From NCBI GenBank assembly GCA_048500355.1, contig JASNYD010000006.1, positions 416,211-480,210 on the forward strand: a DNA stretch of 64,000 nt, in the 5' to 3' direction. The first letter of the stretch is position 1. Every line of letters begins with the position of its first letter. The stretch is from Kofleriaceae bacterium (GTDB lineage: Bacteria > Myxococcota_A > Polyangia > Haliangiales > Haliangiaceae). A model generated the notes under the pieces. It had not been told where the DNA came from and did not search any database. It worked only from the letters and a program-made list of their open reading frames with translations. Below, piece by piece: positions 1 through 8,307 of the stretch. The position numbers were made by a program, and so were the translations under genes.

Positions 1-769
1 GCGGCGCGAGCGGCGCGACCGCGGCCCGCGCGCCGACGCCGCCCTCTCCGCTCGCCCCGAGCAAGGCGCCGAAGGCGCCGCGTCGACGAGCCCCGCACCC
101 GCACCCGCACCCGCTCCCGCTCCCGCTGCCGCTCCCGAGCCCGCACCCGCACCCGCTGCCGCTCCCGAGCCCGCACCCGCACCCGCACCCGCTCTCGCTG
201 CCGCTCCCGAGCCCGCACCCGCTCCCGCTCCCGCGGCGGTCGCGGCCGCTCTCTCCGCTCGCCCTGAGCAAGGCGCCGCAGGCGCCGCGCCGAAGGGCCC
301 CGCACCCGCACCCGCTCCCGCTGCCGCTCCCGAGCCCGCACCCGCTCCCGCTGCCGCTCCCGAGCCCGCACCCGCACCCGCTCCCGCGGCGGTCGCGGCC
401 GCTCTCTCCGCTCGCCCTGAGCAAGGCGCCGCAGGCGCCGCGTCGAAGGGCCCCGCACCCGCCGCGCCCGAGCCCGCCGTGCCCGAGCCCGTCGAGCCCG
501 CCGTGGCCGGCCCGATCGACACCACCGAGTCGATCCCGCACGCCGTGGCTCGCCCCGAGACCACCACCTCGCGCGTGCCGGTGGTCGCCGCGCCCGACGC
601 GGTCACCACCCGGGTCGAGGTGCCTCCCGAGCTCCAGCCGGCGGCGCCGCCGCCAGCAGCCGCCGCCACCAGCGAGCCCGCGCCGGCCGTCGCCAGCGAG
701 CCCGCGCCGCCCGCCGCCGCCGAGCCCGCGCCGCCCCCACCCGACGCGGTCGACGACGGCTGGGACTGA
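1..769 (+). CDS. 3' part of a Pro/Ala-rich tandem-repeat protein; the 5' end lies outside the window
   Basis: The frame is open from base 2 to the TGA at 767-769. It translates to repeated ALSARPEQGAxGAA..PAPAPAPAAAPEPAPAP units followed by a unique C-terminus ending DAVDDGWD. GC3 is high. The 479..769 ORF in the track is the tail of this frame. Confidence 0.55.
   Translation, partial: RRERRDRGPRADAALSARPEQGAEGAASTSPAPAPAPAPAPAAAPEPAPAPAAAPEPAPAPAPALAAAPEPAPAPAPAAVAAALSARPEQGAAGAAPKGPAPAPAPAAAPEPAPAPAAAPEPAPAPAPAAVAAALSARPEQGAAGAASKGPAPAAPEPAVPEPVEPAVAGPIDTTESIPHAVARPETTTSRVPVVAAPDAVTTRVEVPPELQPAAPPPAAAATSEPAPAVASEPAPPAAAEPAPPPPDAVDDGWD
44..470 (+). repeat. In-frame tandem DNA repeat (units of about 207 and 153 bp, with a nested sub-repeat of about 36 bp encoding AAAPEPAPAP)
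   Basis: The motif ctctccgctcgcc(c/t)(c/t)gagcaaggcgccg recurs at 44, 251 and 404. The units are near-identical, with variable numbers of the cccgcacccgctcccgctgccgctcccgagcccgca sub-unit. Confidence 0.8.
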
Positions 770-834
770 TCCGGCGCGCCGGCCGCCCCGACGTCCCCCT
801 TGTCGATCCGCACGACCTGGGGGACGCTCGGGGC

Positions 835-1113
835 ATGGACTCTCCGGCCGCGATGCTGCTCCTGGTCGCGTTCCTGGCCCCGGCCGCGGCGGTGTTCGTC
901 GTCGCCTACCGCCACGCCCTCCGGAGCTGGCTGGCCGCGCCCGCGATCGAGCTGCCGGTCGCCGTCGTCGCGAGCCACCGCGACGTGCCGCGCCGCCGCG
1001 ACCTCGGTCGCCGCTTCCACGCCGCGGCCATCGCCACCGCCTTCGCCTCGGTGTTCGTGATGGGCCTCATCGCCGTCGCCATGGTGGTGACCGCGCTGGT
1101 CGCCGCCGCCTGA
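835..1113 (+). CDS. Small hypothetical membrane protein (92 aa)
   Basis: Very high GC3. There are two predicted TM segments (LLLVAFLAPAAAVFVVAY and FASVFVMGLIAVAMVVTALVAAA). I recognised no homology. Confidence 0.45.
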   Translation: MDSPAAMLLLVAFLAPAAAVFVVAYRHALRSWLAAPAIELPVAVVASHRDVPRRRDLGRRFHAAAIATAFASVFVMGLIAVAMVVTALVAAA

Positions 1114-1189
1114 CCACGGTCGCGCGCGCCGCGCGCCGCGCGTCGCCGACGGCGATCGCGCCGGCGATCCCACCGGCGACGATGATAGA

Positions 1190-2686
1190 GTGCGCGCCAT
1201 GCGCACCACGATCACGCTCATCGCGCTGGCCTCCGGCCTCGCCGTCGCCGGCTGCAAGGGCAAGGGCAAGGACCAGGACCAGGACACGCCGGCCGGAGGC
1301 GGCGCGGCGACCGCCAGCGGCGCCGGCACCGCCAGCGGCTCGAGCGCCGGCTCCGCCAGCGGCCCGGGCGCAGGCGCACCGGGCGGCGACGCGCCGCTGC
1401 CCCCGGCGGTCGCCGTCGACGAGGCCGGCGCCCGCGCGCTGGTCGAGGCCTGGCTGGCCGCCCAGAACGGCGGCGACTTCGCCGCCTACGAGGCCCTCTA
1501 CGCCGACAAGCTCGAGGGCATCAAGCGGGTGGGCGCCCGCACCTGGCGGTTCGATCGCGCCGGCTGGCTGGCCGATCGCAAGCGCATGTTCAAGAACCCG
1601 ATGACCGTCACCGCCCGCGACGTCGTCATCCGCGGCGGCGGCGTCGCCGCCACCGTCGAGCTGATCCAGGGCTTCAAGCAGGGCAAGTTCGCCGACGAGG
1701 GCCCCAAGCGCCTCGTGCTGGTGAAGGGCAAGGGCGGCTTCCAGATCGCCCGCGAGGAGATGCTGCGCTCGGAGGTCGCCGGCGCCGCGCCGGCGGTCGC
1801 CGCCGGCAGCGCCTACCTCGTCGTCACGATCGACCAGAAGCCGCACGTGGTGATCGCCGCCGACGCCAACCCGGCGTGGGGCACCGGCCGGGTGCGCGGC
1901 CCGTTCGAGGACGTGCACAAGCTGGCCACCATGGACGCGCCGAAGGCGCCGGCGGCCGCCACCTGGGGCAGCCGCGTGCTCGCGGTGCACGACGCCGCCG
2001 GCAAGATGTGCGACGCCACCGTCGGCGCCCTCAAGCTGGCGGCAGGCGGCACGCCACACTTCGGCGAGGTCCAGATGTGGGATGGCGACGAGGCCATGAG
2101 CGAGGACGGCCGGGTGTGGACACCGGCCGAGCGCGCCGGCGCGGTGTGGCACATGTCGAGCCCGTACCTCGTCGCCGAGCTCACGGTGAACGGCGGCTGC
2201 GTGCCGGTGATGGCCACCGATCCGGCGACCCCCGTCGCCGCCTACGGCCAGGCCGGCGCCCCGACCGACGCCGCGACCGCGATCGACGCCTTCCGCAAGC
2301 TGCCCGCCTACCGCGACCTGCAGCGCGACTTCACCAGCAACTACGACGGCAAGGGGGAGTGGGCGCCCTCGCCGCAGGTCACCGCGTTCATCGGCACCGC
2401 CGGCCGCTACCTCGTGGTCTCGGCCGCCGAGGGCTCCGGCTGCGGCGACTTCCTCGGCCAGCTCGCGGTCGTGTTCGAGGACCGCGGCGGCGCGCTGGTC
2501 CCGCTGCCGCTGCCCGACGGCTTCCTCCGCGTCGCGCTCCTCGCCGACACCGACGGCGACGGCGCGGTCGAGGCCTTCGGCACCCTCGAGGACTACCGGC
2601 AGGTCGCGGGCCAGTTCGAGGTCGGCGCCGCGGGCTGGACCCAGCTCGCCGAGGTCTCGTTCCCCAACAACGACTGCGGCTGCTGA
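1190..2686 (+). CDS. Lipoprotein with an NTF2/SnoaL-like (DUF4440-like) domain
   Basis: Signal peptide with lipobox LAVAGC, then a Gly/Ala/Ser-rich linker. The motif ALVEAWLAAQNGGDFAAYEALYAD is typical of NTF2-like folds. Codon bias is good. Confidence 0.6.
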   Translation: MRAMRTTITLIALASGLAVAGCKGKGKDQDQDTPAGGGAATASGAGTASGSSAGSASGPGAGAPGGDAPLPPAVAVDEAGARALVEAWLAAQNGGDFAAYEALYADKLEGIKRVGARTWRFDRAGWLADRKRMFKNPMTVTARDVVIRGGGVAATVELIQGFKQGKFADEGPKRLVLVKGKGGFQIAREEMLRSEVAGAAPAVAAGSAYLVVTIDQKPHVVIAADANPAWGTGRVRGPFEDVHKLATMDAPKAPAAATWGSRVLAVHDAAGKMCDATVGALKLAAGGTPHFGEVQMWDGDEAMSEDGRVWTPAERAGAVWHMSSPYLVAELTVNGGCVPVMATDPATPVAAYGQAGAPTDAATAIDAFRKLPAYRDLQRDFTSNYDGKGEWAPSPQVTAFIGTAGRYLVVSAAEGSGCGDFLGQLAVVFEDRGGALVPLPLPDGFLRVALLADTDGDGAVEAFGTLEDYRQVAGQFEVGAAGWTQLAEVSFPNNDCGC

Positions 2687-2811
2687 CCGCGCGGCCGTCG
2701 CGACGCGCAGATCTTTCGCGTCACCGTGCGCAAACGGACCGCACGGGGACGGGCTTCCGCGGACGACCGCGCGCCCCCAGACTGCCCGAGGTCCTCGCAC
2801 CCGGAGTCTCC

Positions 2812-3699
2812 ATGCGCCGCAGTCCGTTCCTCGTCGCCGCCGTCCTCGTCGTCGCCCCCGTCACGCTCGCCGCGTGCGGCGACGACCACGCCCACGATCC
2901 CGACCACGTCGACGCCGCGCCGGCGATCGACGCCCCGACCACCCAGCCGGTGACCCTGGCCTTCGCCGCCGAGGTCGGCGGCGCCGCCTTCGCCTGCGGC
3001 CAGAGCTACAGCGGGATCGGGACCACCAGCGCCACCTACGTCGGCACCGACTTCCGCTTCTACGTCCACGACGTCCGCCTCACCGGCCCCGGCGGCGAGG
3101 TCCCGCTCACGCTCGACGTGAACGAGTGGCAGACCGCCGAGGGCCTCGCGCTCCTCGACTTCGAGGACGGCGCCACCGGCTGCCAGACCGGCACCGCCGC
3201 AACCCACACCGCCCTCACCGGCACGGTCCCGACCGGCACCTACACCGGCATCGCGTTCAAGGTCGGCGTGCCGTTCGCGCAGAACCACCTCGACGCCACC
3301 ACCGCGCAGGCGCCGCTCAACGTCCCGGCGATGTTCTGGGCGTGGAGCTCCGGGTACAAGTTCCTCAAGGCCGACGGCACCGTCGACGGCGCCGGCTTCA
3401 ACCTCCACCTGGGCTCGACGGGGTGCGGCACGACCGGCGCCACGCCGCCGTCGGCGCCGTGCGCCAACCCCAACGTCATCGAGGTGGCGCTCACCGGCTA
3501 CACCCCGGGGACCAGCACGGTCGTCGCCGACGTGGCGCGGGTGCTCGCCGGCGTCGACGTCACCGTCAACACCCCGCAGACCGCGCCCGGCTGCATGTCG
3601 TTCCCGGGCGACCCCGAGTGCGAGACGATCCTGCCGCGCCTCGGCCTGCCCTACGCCAGCAACCCGGCCCTGCCCCAGGCCTTCTTCACCGTCGAGTGA
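2812..3699 (+). CDS. Metallo-mystery pair four-Cys motif lipoprotein (MbnP-like, MXAN_0976 type)
   Basis: Lipoprotein signal MRRSPFLVAAVLVVAPVTLAAC with several conserved Cys. It lies immediately upstream (2-nt gap) of a di-haem peroxidase-like gene, the arrangement described for MbnP/MbnH pairs. Confidence 0.6.
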   Translation: MRRSPFLVAAVLVVAPVTLAACGDDHAHDPDHVDAAPAIDAPTTQPVTLAFAAEVGGAAFACGQSYSGIGTTSATYVGTDFRFYVHDVRLTGPGGEVPLTLDVNEWQTAEGLALLDFEDGATGCQTGTAATHTALTGTVPTGTYTGIAFKVGVPFAQNHLDATTAQAPLNVPAMFWAWSSGYKFLKADGTVDGAGFNLHLGSTGCGTTGATPPSAPCANPNVIEVALTGYTPGTSTVVADVARVLAGVDVTVNTPQTAPGCMSFPGDPECETILPRLGLPYASNPALPQAFFTVE

Positions 3700-3701
3700 G
3701 C

Positions 3702-4910
3702 GTGCGCCCCGCCACGCTCGTCCCGACCTGGGCCCCCGCGGCGTGGCTCGCCGCGCTGGCGCTCGCCGCGGCCTGCGGCAGCGACCACGGCGGCGAGGCC
3801 GACGCGGCGGGCGGCGACGGCGGGCTGGACGCCGCGACCGACGCCGGCGTCACGCCGTGGCCGTTCGAGCTGCCGCCCGGGTTCCCCACGCCGCGCCGGC
3901 CGCCGGGTCAGCGGCTGACACCCGAGCTGGCCGATCTCGGCCGCCACCTGTTCTACGACGTGCGGCTGTCCGGCAACGGGACCCAGGCCTGCGCGTCGTG
4001 CCACGCCCAGTCCCTGGCCTTCACCGACGGCCTGGTGGTGCCGTCGGGATCGACCGGCGAGGTCCTGCGCCGCAACTCGATGAGCCTCACCAACGTCGCC
4101 TACAACCCGACCCAGACCTGGGCCAACCACCTGCTGGTCCACCTGGAGCAGCAGGCGCCGGTGCCGATGTTCGGCGAGAACCCGGTCGAGCTCGGCATCA
4201 CCGGCCACGAGGAGGAGGTGCTGGCCCGCCTGCGCGCCGATCCGCGCTACCAGGAGCTGCACGCTCGGGCCTTCCCCGGGGCCACCGGGCCGCTCGAGCT
4301 GGGCGAGATCGTGCAGGCCCTGGCCGCCTTCCAGCGCCGGCTGATCTCCGGCCGCTCGTCGTACGACCGCGAGCACAACGGCGAGCCGGGCGCGATGTCG
4401 GCGGCGGCGCTGCGCGGCGAGGCGATGTTCTTCTCCGAGACCCTCGAGTGCCACCACTGCCACGGCAGCTTCAACCTCACGATCGCCGTCGACCACGCCG
4501 GCCTCGCCGCGCCCAACCCGGCGTTCTTCAACACCGGCCTCTACAACGTCGGCGGCACCAGCGCCTACCCGCCCCACGACGAGGGGCTGTACGAGCTGAC
4601 CCGGGTCGCGACCGATCGCGGGCGCTTCCGGCCGCCCACCCTGCGCAACGTCGCGGTCACGGCGCCGTACATGCACGACGGCAGCATCGCGACGCTCGAC
4701 GAGGTGATCCGGACCTACGAGCGCGGCGGCCGCCTCGTCGTCGACGGCCCGTTCGCCGGCGACGGCCGCGAGAACCTCTACAAGAGCCCGTTCGTCGCCG
4801 GCTTCACCCTGACCGATGACGAGCGCGCCGACCTGCGGGCGTTCCTCGAGGCGCTGACCGACGACGCCTTCCTCACCGACCCGACCCTGGCCGATCCGTT
4901 CGCGCCGTGA
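3702..4910 (+). CDS. Di-haem cytochrome c peroxidase family enzyme (MbnH-like, MXAN_0977 family)
   Basis: Signal peptide and two CxxCH motifs (CASCHAQ and CHHCHGS). The GTG start at 3702 lies directly after the upstream TGA at 3697-3699. This is the CCP/MauG-like architecture. Confidence 0.75.
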   Translation: MRPATLVPTWAPAAWLAALALAAACGSDHGGEADAAGGDGGLDAATDAGVTPWPFELPPGFPTPRRPPGQRLTPELADLGRHLFYDVRLSGNGTQACASCHAQSLAFTDGLVVPSGSTGEVLRRNSMSLTNVAYNPTQTWANHLLVHLEQQAPVPMFGENPVELGITGHEEEVLARLRADPRYQELHARAFPGATGPLELGEIVQALAAFQRRLISGRSSYDREHNGEPGAMSAAALRGEAMFFSETLECHHCHGSFNLTIAVDHAGLAAPNPAFFNTGLYNVGGTSAYPPHDEGLYELTRVATDRGRFRPPTLRNVAVTAPYMHDGSIATLDEVIRTYERGGRLVVDGPFAGDGRENLYKSPFVAGFTLTDDERADLRAFLEALTDDAFLTDPTLADPFAP

Positions 4911-4994
4911 GCTGGCACGGCGGCGGGGCGGCGGCGGCGGCAGCGCACCGCGAGGTCCGGGCACCGCGCCGGGGCGGCGGTGTACGATCGCGCC

Positions 4995-6287
4995 ATGGTG
5001 CGCCCCCACCGGCTCCTCGCCCTCGCTCTCCCGCTCGTCCTCGGGGCGACCGCTTGCGGCGCCGGCGGCGGTGGTGCCCCGGACGGCGGCGACGGCGACG
5101 GCGACGGCGGCGGCCGGCCGCACCCGCTCTACCCCGCGCTCGATCTCGACACCCTGCCCGGCGGCGGCGGCGGCGCGATCGGCCCCTACCAGCCGCCGGC
5201 GCCGCCGACCACCAGCCGCAGCGTCACGATCACCAGCGCCGGCGCCCAGGCCGGCCGCGACCTGCTCGCCGCCTGCCAGGTCGCCGGCACCGCCGTCACC
5301 GTGCCCGACGCCGCCGGGCGCCTCGGCGTGGTCAACCTCGGCGACGTCACCGACTGCGACGTCGCGCTCGGCGCCGAGGTGGTGATCGACCTCCTCGTCG
5401 TCGGCAGCCTGCCCGGCCCGATGGAGGCGCCGGCCCATCGCCTGCGCCTCCGCGGCGGCCAGCTCGGCAGCGTGATGGTGGCGCCGCGCAGCCGCGATCT
5501 GATCTTCGACGGCGTGGCCATCAACAACGCGGTGCGGCCGCCCGCCGACCGCAGCGGCACCGGGATCTACCTCATCGACGACCCCGCCGACCCCGCGGCC
5601 GGCTTCGTCGACCGGATCGCGGTGGTCGGCTCGTTCGTGCGCATGGTCGCCACCACCCCCACCGGCGGCGGCGACACCGACGGCTGCGCCTACCTGGCCG
5701 GTCGCGCCCGCAACGTGCTGTTCGCCGGCAACAACATCGTCACCGCCGGCAACCGCAACTCGTGGGGCTTCCGCATCGGCGGCGGCGACAACACGCTCCT
5801 GGTCGACAACAGCGTGCGGGTCTCGTTCCACAAGCTGGTGCGCATGAACGACGCCCCGGTCGACTACGTCTACGTCAAGGGCGGGACCTGGATGCGCGAG
5901 GCCGGGGTCACCGCCGGCGGGCTCGAGCTCAACGACGCGTTCGCCCAGCTCGGCGACCTCGGCACCGATCGCGTCTTCATCCACGATCCGGCGGTCTACC
6001 TGCGCTCGGCCGAGCCGGTGTCGTTCGGCGCCTCGACCGGCCCCGGCCAGGCCGGCCGCTCGTGGGAGGCGCGGCGCATCGCCTGGCACGCGCGCAGCCC
6101 GGCGGTGATCAGCGACGCCCGCCTCCAGGACCTCGCCGCCGGCTGCGTCGCCACCGCCACCTGCGACTACGGCGCGGGCACCCACAGCTACGTCCACGAC
6201 GACGGCGTGGCCTTCCCGCCCAGCCCGTGGCGCGACCTGCCGGCCTTCGCCGACGACGATCCCGACCACCTGCCGATCGCGCCCTGA
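4995..6287 (+). CDS. Lipoprotein with a right-handed beta-helix (pectate-lyase-like) domain
   Basis: Lipobox LGATAC and a Gly/Asp-rich linker. Repetitive N/G-rich beta-helix-like segments are present (NVLFAGNNIVTAGNRNSWGFRIGGGDNTLLVDNS). Confidence 0.6.
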   Translation: MVRPHRLLALALPLVLGATACGAGGGGAPDGGDGDGDGGGRPHPLYPALDLDTLPGGGGGAIGPYQPPAPPTTSRSVTITSAGAQAGRDLLAACQVAGTAVTVPDAAGRLGVVNLGDVTDCDVALGAEVVIDLLVVGSLPGPMEAPAHRLRLRGGQLGSVMVAPRSRDLIFDGVAINNAVRPPADRSGTGIYLIDDPADPAAGFVDRIAVVGSFVRMVATTPTGGGDTDGCAYLAGRARNVLFAGNNIVTAGNRNSWGFRIGGGDNTLLVDNSVRVSFHKLVRMNDAPVDYVYVKGGTWMREAGVTAGGLELNDAFAQLGDLGTDRVFIHDPAVYLRSAEPVSFGASTGPGQAGRSWEARRIAWHARSPAVISDARLQDLAAGCVATATCDYGAGTHSYVHDDGVAFPPSPWRDLPAFADDDPDHLPIAP

Positions 6288-6375
6288 CCCGCGCCAGGGC
6301 ACGGCCTCGGCGATCGCGGCGCGAGGTCCGGGGCCACCGTGGCGGCCGCCGACGTAGTACCCTGGCGGTGACGAC

Positions 6376-8307
6376 GTGAGCCGCTTCACCGACGACGATC
6401 TCCACCTCTTCAACGAGGGCACCCACTACCGGCTGTACCGGAAGCTGGGGGCCCACCCCGCCGCCGGCGGCGGCGTCGACTTCGCGGTGTGGGCCCCCAA
6501 CGCCACCCACGTCGACGTCATCGGCGACTGGAACGGCTGGCTGGGCGGCACGCCGCTGGCGCCGCGCGGCAGCTCGGGGATCTGGGAGGGCCACGCGCCG
6601 CGCGCCGCCGCCGACCACCGCTACAAGCTGCGCCTCACGACCGCCGACGGCCAGCGCCTCGACAAGGCCGACCCGTACGCGGTCTTCGCCGAGGTCCCGC
6701 CGGCGACCGGCTCGATCGTGTGGGCCGGCGAGCACGCCTGGGGCGACGGGGCGTGGATGGCCGAGCGCGCCCATCGCGCCCGCCTCGACCAGCCGTGGTC
6801 GATCTACGAGGTCCACCTCGGCTCGTGGATGCGCGAGCACGGCCACCACGGCCGCGCCCTGGGCTACGTCGAGCTCGGCCACCGCCTGGCCGAGCACGCC
6901 GGCCGCCTCGGCTTCACCCACGTCGAGCTGATGCCGGTGATGGAGCACCCGTTCTACGGCTCGTGGGGCTACCAGGTCACCGGCTACTTCGCGGCGACCA
7001 GCCGCTACGGCCGGCCCGAGGAGCTGATGGCGCTGGTCGACACCCTGCACCAGGCCGGGCTGGGCGTGATCCTCGACTGGGTGCCGGCCCACTTCCCCAC
7101 CGACGGCCATGGCCTGGGCTGGTTCGACGGCACCCACCTGTTCGAGCACGCCGACCCGCGGCGCGGCTTCCACCCCGACTGGACCAGCTTCATCTTCAAC
7201 TTCGCGCGCCACGAGGTGCGCAGCTTCCTCATCTCGAGCGCCTTCTCCTGGCTCGATCGCTTCCACGTCGACGGCCTGCGCGTCGACGGCGTGGCCTCGA
7301 TGCTCTACCGCGACTACTCGCGGCAGCCCGGGGAGTGGGTGGCCGACGTCGACGGCTCCAACCACGACCGCGACGCGATCCGCTTCCTGCAGCAGCTCAA
7401 CACCGCGGTCTACGGCGCGTTCCCCGACGTGCAGATGATCGCCGAGGAGTCGACGGCGTGGGGCGGGGTATCGCGCCCACCCGAGCACGGCGGCCTCGGC
7501 TTCGGCATGAAGTGGGACATGGGCTGGATGCACGACACCCTCGAGTACCTGCGACGCGAGCCGGTCCACCGCCGCTGGCACCACGAGCAGCTCACGTTCC
7601 GCGCCATCTACGCCGAGCACGAGAACTTCGTCCTGCCGCTGTCCCACGACGAGGTCGTCCACGGCAAGGGCTCGCTCCTGGCCAAGCTGCCCGGCGACGC
7701 CTGGCAGCGCCACGCCAACCTGCGCTTGCTCTACGGCTACCAGTGGTCGCTGCCGGGCAAGAAGCTCCTGTTCATGGGCGGCGAGCTGGCCTGCCCCGGC
7801 GAGTGGAACCACGACGACGTCCTCGACTGGGGCGGCGCCGGCGAGCCGCTGCGCGCCGGCGTCCTGGCCTGGGTCCGCGACGTCAACGCGATCTACCGCC
7901 GTCACCCCGCGCTCCACCGCCGCGACTGCCAGCCCGGCGCGCTCGAGTGGCTGGTCGCCGACGATCGCGACAACTCGATCCTGGTCTACCTGCGCCACGG
8001 CGACGGCGACGACCCGCCGGTGATCGTCGCCTGCAACTTCACGCCGGTCCCGCGCCACGGCTACCGCGTCGGCGTGCCGCGGGCCGGCACCTGGCGCGAG
8101 ATCCTCAACTCCGACGCCCCGCTCTACGGCGGCTCCGGCGTCGGCAACCTGGGCGCGGTCACCGCCAGCGCCGAGCCCTGGCACGGCCGCCCGGCCGCGC
8201 TCGCGCTCACCGTGCCGCCGCTGGGCTGCGTCTACCTGGCGTGGGAGCCGGCGGCGAGCGTCGACGACCGCGCGGCGGACGGCGGCGCCGGCGGAGCCGC
8301 GCGGTGA
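6376..8307 (+). CDS. glgB: 1,4-alpha-glucan branching enzyme (GH13)
   Basis: The GlgB N-terminal and catalytic motifs are clear (FAVWAPNA.., GLRVDGVASMLY, HDEVVHGKGS). GTG start. Confidence 0.9.
   Translation: MSRFTDDDLHLFNEGTHYRLYRKLGAHPAAGGGVDFAVWAPNATHVDVIGDWNGWLGGTPLAPRGSSGIWEGHAPRAAADHRYKLRLTTADGQRLDKADPYAVFAEVPPATGSIVWAGEHAWGDGAWMAERAHRARLDQPWSIYEVHLGSWMREHGHHGRALGYVELGHRLAEHAGRLGFTHVELMPVMEHPFYGSWGYQVTGYFAATSRYGRPEELMALVDTLHQAGLGVILDWVPAHFPTDGHGLGWFDGTHLFEHADPRRGFHPDWTSFIFNFARHEVRSFLISSAFSWLDRFHVDGLRVDGVASMLYRDYSRQPGEWVADVDGSNHDRDAIRFLQQLNTAVYGAFPDVQMIAEESTAWGGVSRPPEHGGLGFGMKWDMGWMHDTLEYLRREPVHRRWHHEQLTFRAIYAEHENFVLPLSHDEVVHGKGSLLAKLPGDAWQRHANLRLLYGYQWSLPGKKLLFMGGELACPGEWNHDDVLDWGGAGEPLRAGVLAWVRDVNAIYRRHPALHRRDCQPGALEWLVADDRDNSILVYLRHGDGDDPPVIVACNFTPVPRHGYRVGVPRAGTWREILNSDAPLYGGSGVGNLGAVTASAEPWHGRPAALALTVPPLGCVYLAWEPAASVDDRAADGGAGGAAR

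Noticed and set aside
3651-6422. 923-aa minus-strand ORF spanning the MbnH-like and beta-helix lipoprotein genes
   Set aside because: It mirrors real plus-strand genes. The product is Arg/Gly/Ala-rich low complexity with no motifs, typical of a high-GC antisense ORF.
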